Shown here in pieces: positions 55,887 through 64,000 of a stretch of DNA of 64,000 nucleotides (the first letter of the stretch is position 1; the number at the start of each line of letters is the position of its first letter). Where the stretch lies: NCBI GenBank assembly GCA_965240325.2, contig OZ251222.1:558001-622000 (forward strand). Direction: 5' to 3'. The DNA is from Rebecca billardiae RCC1528. Lineage: Eukaryota; Protista; Haptophyta. The notes beneath the pieces are model-generated. The model had not been told where the DNA came from. It searched no databases and saw only the letters and a list, made by a program, of their open reading frames with translations. The position numbers and the translations under genes are program-made.

Positions 55887-58007
55887 ATGAAACCGATGGG
55901 GCGCGCCTCCGCCCTCGGCGGCGCTGGCCCCAGAGGCTTGGACCTTTTCGAGCCGCGTGGCGGTGCAGCTGCGTCTTCGAGCGCCAGGTCCAACGACCCA
56001 AAAGCGAGGCGAGGCTCGCGTCGCTGGGCTGCGGGGCCGGGTGCTCGGCGGTCAGGCGTGTTGCCAGACGTGCACATGTCCGCGGAGCTCTCCGAGCTCT
56101 CCGAGCTCACGGCTGCAAGCACCATCGTGAGGGGGCGCGAGGGCCTGCACACACTCAGCAACGACTCGTTGCTCCCCGCGGCCAGCCTCGGCGGCAGGCG
56201 CTCGCGCTCGCACGAGGGCTCGAGGCAAGACGACGCCACGCCCGCCGCGCCGCAGCTCCCGCGGCTAGCCCCCGTCGCGCGGAGGACGAAATCGCTGGCC
56301 CACGCCAGCGGCGAGAGCATGGCGTACACCCTGCGGCGCCACCCCGAGCTCGCCTACCTCCGGCGCGTCGCCAACGCGCCGCTGCCCGTGCTGCCGGTCT
56401 CGGCGCTGCTGAGCGGGCAGCCGACGCAGAGCGAGGTGGACGCTGTGCTGGCGGCCGGCGCCTCGCCGCCGGTGCCGTCGTCGACGTCGGGCCCGGCGGT
56501 GACGATCTTCGACCACTCGTCGCTCCGCCCGTCCGTGGACCACAGCGCCGCGCCCGCGCGCACCGACGCGCCGCAGCGCGGCAGCTCGGCGCAGCGCGGC
56601 GGCTCCGGCGGCGGCGACGAGCCCAAGACGGCCGAGGCGGCGGCGCTGCTCGCCGCCGACGCCAAGGAGGACCTAGAGGCGCTTGCGACGCAGGGCAAGG
56701 CGGTGCAGATGTGGGCGGGGCAGGACCGGGGGTGGGCCGTGATCCGCCGCGCCGTCGCGAGCGGCGCGTACACGCAGCTCAAGTTCGACGCGCTCACGCC
56801 CGCCGAGCGGCGCGTCGACGTCGCGTGGCACGTGCGCAAGTGCCCGCTCTTTGCGACGTGCTCGAAGCGGCAGGTGGCCGCGATCACAAAGGAGTGCACC
56901 GTGCAGACGGTGCCGCGGTACACCGTGCTGTACCGCGAGGGCACCGTCGCGCAGGGGGCGCCGCTCGTCCTCGTCGCCACCGGCGCGATCAAGCTGCGCG
57001 GCTTCGACGACGCGGAGCGCTTCGTCCGGCCGCCCACGCTCATGATCGAGCCCAGCGGCAAGGCGCACGTTTCTTACTGCGGCGTCGAGGCGGCGGCGGC
57101 GGACTGCGGCTCCAACGAGCGGCGGCGCGCGGAGACGGCGGTGGTCGACACGCGCTCGATCATCATCTGCGTGCCCACCGAGGCGATGCCGCTGCCCGCG
57201 CGCGAGCAGGCGCGCGTGCGCGCCAACATCCGGCTGCTGCAGCCCACCGACGAGAAGTCGCTCTCCATCTTCCGAGACATGCCGCCCTCGCAGATGCGCT
57301 CGATCGCCAAGCTCTTCAACTATGTGTTTGTTCCGGTCGGCGCGTACGTGATGCGGCAGGGCGAGATGAAGGACAACTGGTACACGCTGGTGTGGGGCGA
57401 GGTGAGCGTGGTCGTCGAGAAGATGGGCATCGCGCCGATACACTCGGGCGAGGGCGCCATGGTGCGCACGGTCGACGTCGTCGTGGACGTGGTCAACTAC
57501 AAGAGCGACTACAAGCACTTTGGGGAGGGCTCGTTCATGCAGTGGACGGAGAATGCAAAGCTGGGGATGCACAAGCGCACGGCGAGCATCATCGCCACGC
57601 AGCCCTCGTGGTGCGCGTCCCGCGCGGGCGCGTGCTCACGCCCGTCGCGCCGCGGCCCGCCCGCCGCGCCCGCCGCGCGCGAGCCTGAGCCCAGTCGGCG
57701 CGCGCGCCGCGCGTGCGCACGCAGGCTGCTCGAGATGAAGCCGACGCACTTCACGGCCGTGACCGACCTGGTGCCGGGCATCATTGACCGCTTCAAGATC
57801 TCGCGAAAGGTGCAGGAGCGTAACCACCAGATGAAGCAGGAGCAGCTCTCGGAGGAGGCGCTGCGCAAGATGCTTGCGCGCCACAGCACCAAGTTCGAGG
57901 AGCGGATGAAGCTGATGAAGTCGAGCAGGAGGCACCGGCTCGAGCTCGCCGCAAAGCACAACGGGGCAGGGACGGCGGCGCTCGCGGCGCTGATGACGAA
58001 TCCGTGA
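55887..58007 (+). CDS. Protein with two cyclic-nucleotide-binding (cNMP)-like domains; probable in-frame intron 57611-57724
   Basis: VRKCPLF...VLYREG...VATGAIKL and IFRDMP...YVMRQGE...YTLVWGEVSV...HFGEGS...KRTASIIA. Confidence 0.8.
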   Translation: MKPMGRASALGGAGPRGLDLFEPRGGAAASSSARSNDPKARRGSRRWAAGPGARRSGVLPDVHMSAELSELSELTAASTIVRGREGLHTLSNDSLLPAASLGGRRSRSHEGSRQDDATPAAPQLPRLAPVARRTKSLAHASGESMAYTLRRHPELAYLRRVANAPLPVLPVSALLSGQPTQSEVDAVLAAGASPPVPSSTSGPAVTIFDHSSLRPSVDHSAAPARTDAPQRGSSAQRGGSGGGDEPKTAEAAALLAADAKEDLEALATQGKAVQMWAGQDRGWAVIRRAVASGAYTQLKFDALTPAERRVDVAWHVRKCPLFATCSKRQVAAITKECTVQTVPRYTVLYREGTVAQGAPLVLVATGAIKLRGFDDAERFVRPPTLMIEPSGKAHVSYCGVEAAAADCGSNERRRAETAVVDTRSIIICVPTEAMPLPAREQARVRANIRLLQPTDEKSLSIFRDMPPSQMRSIAKLFNYVFVPVGAYVMRQGEMKDNWYTLVWGEVSVVVEKMGIAPIHSGEGAMVRTVDVVVDVVNYKSDYKHFGEGSFMQWTENAKLGMHKRTASIIATQPSWCASRAGACSRPSRRGPPAAPAAREPEPSRRARRACARRLLEMKPTHFTAVTDLVPGIIDRFKISRKVQERNHQMKQEQLSEEALRKMLARHSTKFEERMKLMKSSRRHRLELAAKHNGAGTAALAALMTNP

Positions 58008-58232
58008 ATATCTGCCACCGCAGGCGCAGCTGCGGCGTGCGGTAGGTCCTAGGCCGTCGTAGACAGCGCCTGTTAGTAGCAGAAGTTAGTTCATCAGGGT
58101 CCAGCAAACTCAGTACTGTACTACGTACTTACCCCCATACCATGATACTACTACTAGTACTACTAAGACTGTATTCTCGCACACAGCTCAGGCATCACCT
58201 GATGAGCTGCGACTCACTCGGCCGTCGTCAGC

Positions 58233-59312
58233 ATGGCGTCGTTGACGCCGGTGGCCTCGCGCAAAGTCACACCGGCTGCTCAACGCGCCCGCGTGCCGCC
58301 ACTTGTCGCCCTCGCCTCGGACACCCTAGCTCGCCGCTTTCGGGCGGAGAGCGACGACCTGAGCGCCCTCGTGCAGCGGCAGCTGGACGAGACCGTCCTC
58401 GTTTTGCGCGAGCGCGCTGAGGCGCAGATCAAGCTCATCATGGAGGAGACGGAGGAGCGGGTCCGGAGTGCGCAAGCCGCGGCGTCGGCGGAACTCTCCA
58501 CTCGGCAAGAGGAGCTCGCCGCAGAGCAGGAAAACGCGCTCCCCGAGCACGTGCGGGAACAGGTGCGCGCGCGCCTGGAGGGTTGGGAAATGTGTCATCG
58601 GTGGCGCAGCCCCGACGAGTGCTACTCGAGTGTCTCGGGGCGCGGTCTGGTGCGCGAGTGCCAGGGATGGTTCCGCCCAGAGGACGACCGGAGCGAGTGC
58701 CATCAGGACGGGTGTACCGAGTACTTACGCACGTGCCCGAGCTGCCTCGAGCCGACCAGCTGCCGGCTGTGCGACGGCAGCTTCCAGCGCTGCTTCACCT
58801 GCCACGACGGGCACAAGGAGGAGTGTGCGCGCGCACACCACTCGTACTGCGGCCTCACGATCGACGAGGACGGCGAGTACTGCAGCGTCGACGGGCACTG
58901 CCTGCAGCCGGTACCAGCGGAGCGCGCGTGTCGCTGCGATCACACCGGGTGCGACATGACACGCATGTGTCGCGAGTGTGCGTGGGAGTGCCCCGGCGTG
59001 CACGCGCTGACCATGCACGAGATGGAGGACTGCGGCCGGCGCTTTTGCCAGCTGCACGCGCCGCCAGTGCCGGAGGAGACTGCTTTCAGAGATCTCAACG
59101 ATCTCCGCGGCGGTATCACGTGCGGAGAGTGCTCCGGCCCCGAGGATCGTGTGGCAGCACAGCTCGAGAAGGAGCGGAATGAGTACTATGCGCTTCGCGA
59201 CGCGGCCGCGGCGTTGGGGCCGCGGTGGTCGCAGATGCAGCAGGAGCTCTTAAACGACGACTCGGACTACCACGACGAGGAGACTTTCCCCGCAAGCATA
59301 GCTGAAGATTAG
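58233..59312 (+). CDS. Hypothetical coiled-coil plus Cys/His-rich (zinc-binding) protein
   Basis: Intronless 359-aa ORF with many CxxC and CxxH pairs. Confidence 0.65.
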   Translation: MASLTPVASRKVTPAAQRARVPPLVALASDTLARRFRAESDDLSALVQRQLDETVLVLRERAEAQIKLIMEETEERVRSAQAAASAELSTRQEELAAEQENALPEHVREQVRARLEGWEMCHRWRSPDECYSSVSGRGLVRECQGWFRPEDDRSECHQDGCTEYLRTCPSCLEPTSCRLCDGSFQRCFTCHDGHKEECARAHHSYCGLTIDEDGEYCSVDGHCLQPVPAERACRCDHTGCDMTRMCRECAWECPGVHALTMHEMEDCGRRFCQLHAPPVPEETAFRDLNDLRGGITCGECSGPEDRVAAQLEKERNEYYALRDAAAALGPRWSQMQQELLNDDSDYHDEETFPASIAED

Positions 59313-59675
59313 CAGGGTCCATCTATATCCGGCCGATGATCTTCACGCAGCGCCGCGGACTGATGCCAGCTCGGATAACGCGGCGTACGACGACTGCTAA
59401 CTTATTCATTAATTGCCGCGCCCATCATGCACGACTATATGGCCGCCTATATATATATGCTGCTATACTGTTTATTATTATTACTACTACTTATTTATTC
59501 TAGACTCACAGTGATGACAGTGATGTACGGATCATGTACGTATAAATAACGTATAGACTGATATGAGCAGTATTGCTCGTCACTACTGCTTAGTAATAGT
59601 ACGTTATAGGTAGTACAAATTCTATCGCATATGACCGCGTTCCGCGGTCCTTCCATAGAACCAACGTAGTTAGGG

Positions 59676-61612
59676 TAGCCTGGTCCATCCCGATTTTCGC
59701 CAGTGAAAAAGCCTTTTCGGATTTTGGGCGCCTGATTTCTCCCGATTTTTCTCGTCGCTCGTCGCGCTCGTCAAAAATCGCCACCGGCCGTCCGACGGCT
59801 CGCCGCGACGAAGGTCGGAAGGGGCTCGAGAGCCTCGACTGGACGACTGCGCCGCCTCATGTCAGGTGTAGTGCTGGACACATCGTTCGGGTGCCCCGGT
59901 GGTGTGCGTGCACACCTTGAGCGACATGTCTGCGTTGCTTCCGCCGCCCGCGGTCCGTCGCCAGGTCGACTTCTCGCCTGACGGCGCGCGTCGAACGCTC
60001 ACCTGCTGGGTTGCGCGGCGCCTTCGAGACGGGCCACCTCGGGTAATATGCGGGCCACGCGACGGCTCGTGTGGGCCACCGCCTACCCCTAGCATGGACT
60101 CGATGCCACCACCAGCGTTGGGCGCGCTGCGCATCGCCAACGCTTCATCCGGCCAGTCCCGTCACGTTTGCGCATGGGTCGTCCTGAGCGGCGGCTGTCG
60201 ATTTGTGCTCCTCGTGGAGCTGTATGACGGGCTGGTGGCGAGCAGGATGGCTCGCCTTGCGGGGCTGGGTGTGTACAGTCGCAGTGTAGTGGCTGCCGGC
60301 TGACTCCCATCGCCTGGGTGCTGCTTTACCGTCATGGCCTTTGCTGCGAGCACAAGGTCGAGGATCGTACCGCGGTCTGCGAGGCAGAGTCGACGGAGTC
60401 GTCGCTTGAAGATGGTTGAGAGCGCTCATACGTCTTCCTTGGTGTCGTGCGGCTACTCCAGCACGCAAGGCTCGCGCTCTGGCACGTGTTTGGTGTCCAT
60501 GGGTGGCACATTGTGCCATTCGGGTGGCTCGGAAGCACGTGCTCGGGTGTCTTTCCCGTTTACGCGCGGTGGGCCAAGTCACCACGCACGGCCAGAGCAT
60601 GTCATGGCACGCAGAGGGTGCCCATGAACGATCCCCACCCCGGTGGTGGCCGTAGGCGCACTCGAAGCGGTCGCATCGTCACCCGCGGATCACATCAGTC
60701 CGCCGTTGAGGCTGTCGGGCGAGCAAAGACGTGCGATCTGACCCTTGGACGGGCAGCTAGAATCGCGATTATGCCTCATCTAAGGACGCACATGTCGTCG
60801 TTGTAGGCAGTACTGATGCCCCAAGTGAAAGGGCGGGCGTGGCACGCGACTTGACAGCTTGAATGACTCGATGCACGCCGCCATGGACACGCGATCCGGA
60901 TCCATTGCGAACCTGCCGTGTGGCTCACGGCGGCGCGCGTTGTGCCGCAGATCGGCCAGTTGCCACGCAGGAGATGGTCTCCAGACCAGGTCCAGCACCT
61001 GGCCGACTGCCGCACGCCTGGCCGGGTGGGAGTCCGGCCCTCTTCTTGTCTGCAGGAGTGCGCGGAAGGCCAGGCGGAGCCTCGTCCGACCACTGCACCC
61101 CGAGCGTCGCACTAATCGTGCAGCCTGGGACAGCTACCCACCTATGGCGAATATGTAACGACATAGTGGCATTTTAATTATACAGGTCCAGAACTCATAA
61201 TTATGCGGGTACATTGCCCATAATATGCGGTTATAAATGGGTAATATAGTCGATCTTGCAGTAGTTGAGTACGGCCACTTGCGCACAGACCACAGCCCAT
61301 CCTAATGGCCTGTACCAGGGTTCATGCTCGCCTCGACGTACGCCAATAAGTAAGTTCGTGCGTTTGGGCTCATTTCGGCTAAGTACTTACCCACATTCGG
61401 ACTGACGATTCTCTATGTGTCCGTAGTTGTCCGCGGCGCGCGCGCGCACGCTCACGACGGGCCACGGATGCGATTTTTAGGCCGAAACTTTTGCTGCGCC
61501 CGGGCTGGGCCCATTTGTTACGCTGTTTCCGGGTGTGAGCGCGTGCCTAGGGGCCCGCGTTCATTTGGCGATAAAATCCCCGAAAGTGCTCCAGTGCGTT
61601 TGGACCAGGCTA
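59676..61612. mobile_element. Non-autonomous/degenerate TIR DNA transposon, 1937 bp, 7-bp TSD
   Basis: TIRs TAGCCTGGTCCA / TGGACCAGGCTA with GTTAGGG on both sides (59669-75, 61613-19); lower-GC interior. Confidence 0.65.
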
Positions 61613-61613
61613 G

Positions 61614-62836
61614 TTAGGGGCCCGCGGTGCACCCTCCGTCGGCATATGCTGTCCGTCCAACGCGCGGCCGTAGCGGCAGCAGCAGCGCGGAGCGCCGTCG
61701 AGCACGCGCGGCAAACGAATAATGGAATATTATGCAGCGCGGGCGAGTCGACGGTCTGGAAAATGCGCGATCACGCCACAGCAGGCTGGCAGAGCCCGCC
61801 CGAGCTGCAGCATGCGCCGTAGGTGCTGCCCCAAGCTCTCGACTGCCCGTAAGCGGCGGCATGTGCGGCGGCGCCGGCGGCGGCCATGCTGCCCCGCCGT
61901 TGCGCGCCGCGGGGCGCTGCCGGCACCTCCGTGGTGAAGCGCACAGCGCTCGAGCCCACAGGGGCTGGCGACCGTCAAACCGACACCCCATGACGCGGGG
62001 CTGCGTGTGCCAGCTGCGCGCACCCCCTGGGCCCACCTGGCCCGCTCGAGCAGCTCGCGCCTTGGGTGCGCACAGCGGCTCGAGCATACCGTGGTATGGG
62101 ACGCCTGCTGCGGTGCCGCCGAGCACGTGCGGCCGAGGGTCACGCAGCACGGGCGACTCGACGGCGGCGAGCAGGCGCGACGGCCTCGCCGCGCCGCGGT
62201 AGAGCCTGCCCGGGCTGCAGCACGCCGTAGGAGCAGCCCAGCGCCCTCCTCCGCCCTCCAGCTTCGGCGCGCGTAGCAGGCCCGGCGGCGGCCATGCTGG
62301 CGTGCCCAAGCAAGCAGGCAGATGGGCGCGGCCGGCCGCGCCGTCGCAAAGCGCGCAGAACTCGAGCTCGGGGGGGCGGACGGCCGCCAAACTGGCGCCG
62401 CAGGACGTGCCAGCTGCGCGCACCCGCTGCGCCCGCGTAGCCCGTGCGAGCGCCGCGCCTCGAGCACACGCCGCAGCAGCTCGACACAGCCACTGCAGCG
62501 CGCACGCAGCCTGCACGCCGTGGCCCGTCGGCATCTTGGAAGCCGCCGAGAGCGTGTGCTTTCCCCGCACGACGGCGGTAGCTGCCGCGATGTATACGAG
62601 CGTGCTGCCGCGCCGGCCGCCGCTGCCCGGCCGCCGCGCCGGCCTCCACTCCGCGCCCGCTGCGTGTCCGCAGCTGGCAGCTGCGCTGCTGCGCCCGCCG
62701 TCAGCCGCCTCAGCCGGCGGCGGTGGCTGCCCGCGCTCGCTGGGCGACCACTCGATGATGCGCGCAGCGTAAAGTGCGCGCTGGGCACCTCCTCGTCGCG
62801 TGCAATTTCGAGGTAGTCCTGCATCTGCTCCTGCAT
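61614..62836 (-). pseudogene. Possible spliced or degraded gene of unknown product
   Basis: Protein-like segments (MQEQMQDYLEIARDEEVP; CCSPGRLY...DPRPHVLGG...GVPYHGMLEPL) lie in different frames; exon structure not resolved. Confidence 0.3.
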
Positions 62837-63132
62837 CAGCCCCTCCCACCCTGCGCGCGGGCGCGGACGGAGTCGCACGCACGCGGTCCGATCGACGATC
62901 GATCGAGGGCGCGGGCCGCGGCAGGACGGGCGTCGACGCGCAGGTTAGTTAGGTATGGTGCCGGCGCTTCCCGCAGGCGTTGCGCGCTTGGGGCGAGTGG
63001 GGCGCGTGGGCGAGACCAGCAGCCAGCCAGCCCACGCCACCGGCGCGAGGGCACCGGCGCGGCGCGCACGCCTTTGCACGGCATCCTCGCCCGCTGCCTC
63101 GGGCGTGTCGCGCCTCCCGCAAACGCTGGCGG

Positions 63133-63410
63133 GCGGGTAACCTGTTTTCACAAGCGCCTCTCTTTCATTATGGGCTTATGGCACAGGACGAGGTTCATCC
63201 ATCGAGGCAAGCGCGGGTAACTGGCTTTAAATAGCGCTATTCAAAAGAATCTCTTTCAATATTATGATGAGGAGGTTCATCCATCGAGGCAGGCGGGTAA
63301 CTTGGTTGGACAAGCGCTATTGAAAAGAATCTCTTTTAATATGACGAGGCGGTTCATCCATCGAGACAGACGGGTAACGTATTTGAACAAGCACCATTCA
63401 AAAGAATCTG
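63133..63410. repeat. AT-richer ~80-bp imperfect tandem repeat, ~3.5 copies
   Basis: Recurring GGTTCATCCATCGAG, CGGGTAAC and TTCAAAAGAATCT blocks. Confidence 0.85.
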
Positions 63411-64000
63411 GTTTCATAGCTGTTTTCGACCCAAAACAATCAAACGTCGCTCGGCAAACTCGTACTTCAGCATACAAGAGGGATAGGAATACTCACGCTT
63501 GTTTCACCCCCGGGGTATCTGATCCCACGTCCGTCCATAGTAGATACAAGAATTGCAGCGGGCGCGGCCTTTTAAGCTGTGATGGACAGCATACCCCCCC
63601 TCAAAAAGTCGAAAACTCACCCTCCAACAGCCCTCAAAATCGTCCCCCATCCCCTTTTCTTTGATCAAAAGATCTTTTTGACAACGTAGTGAGGGCCCCC
63701 GGCGGGGCTCCACGCTACGCGCTCCGCCCTGCACCGCGGGCCATGATTTAAATACAGACACAGGGCCACCGGGCACGAGCCTGACGAGGTCGAGCGGGCG
63801 CAGCTCCGACTCAGAGCTCCGGTCTCCAGTCTCCTGATTTGTCTGTCGTACGTGGTACTCGGGTCGAAGCTTATATTGAGGCAGTGCGGTGGTTAGGTGG
63901 TACGTGTGAGCACGTTGACGGTAACGGTTGGTCGCCAGGGTCACTGATATCATGATGTCGTCGTTGTTGTCGTCGTCGACGTCGTCACGGGCCGCCCGGC

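Noticed and set aside
59669-59675. Interstitial telomere
   Set aside because: Only one TTAGGG unit on each side; better explained as a TSD.
63133-63410. Possible CRISPR array
   Set aside because: Repeats are degenerate, linkers are short and related rather than unique spacers, there are no cas genes, and the context is eukaryotic.

Overview
Eukaryotic nuclear DNA, very GC- and CpG-rich, with short GC-rich spliceosomal introns (GTGCG...GCAG). This is consistent with a haptophyte alga such as Pavlovales/Diacronema (inference from composition, intron style and a secondary-plastid-targeted NDK). The dominant accessory feature is a complete 13,720-bp endogenous Polinton-like virus (PLV) at 18993-32712, bounded by 245-bp terminal inverted repeats. 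It encodes a protein-primed PolB, an A32 packaging ATPase (with a 1-nt frameshift near its end), major and minor capsid proteins, a lipase, a GIY-YIG nuclease, a triple LamG/ConA-like protein, a Tlr6F/DUF5754-like protein and a xGTQx-repeat protein. It has no recognisable integrase, recombinase or maturation protease, and no clean target-site duplication. Host genes include an IQ/coiled-coil protein, an ISWI/CHD-like SNF2 ATPase with PHD, a p23/CS protein, a CmcI-like methyltransferase, a TrpF-like TIM barrel, NDK, GH18, nuclear NDUFS2 (nad7), a Pro-rich membrane protein and a cNMP-binding protein. More unusual are two membrane proteins with HET/TIR-like domains (one with a PA-7TM-TIR/HET receptor-like architecture whose ATG lies 129 bp beyond the viral TIR) and a full-architecture FMR1/FXR homologue. 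Intergenic DNA holds four non-autonomous TIR transposons with visible TSDs, a foldback repeat and a (TA)n-bracketed tandem-repeat cassette. All calls are from reading motifs by eye; no database searches were run.
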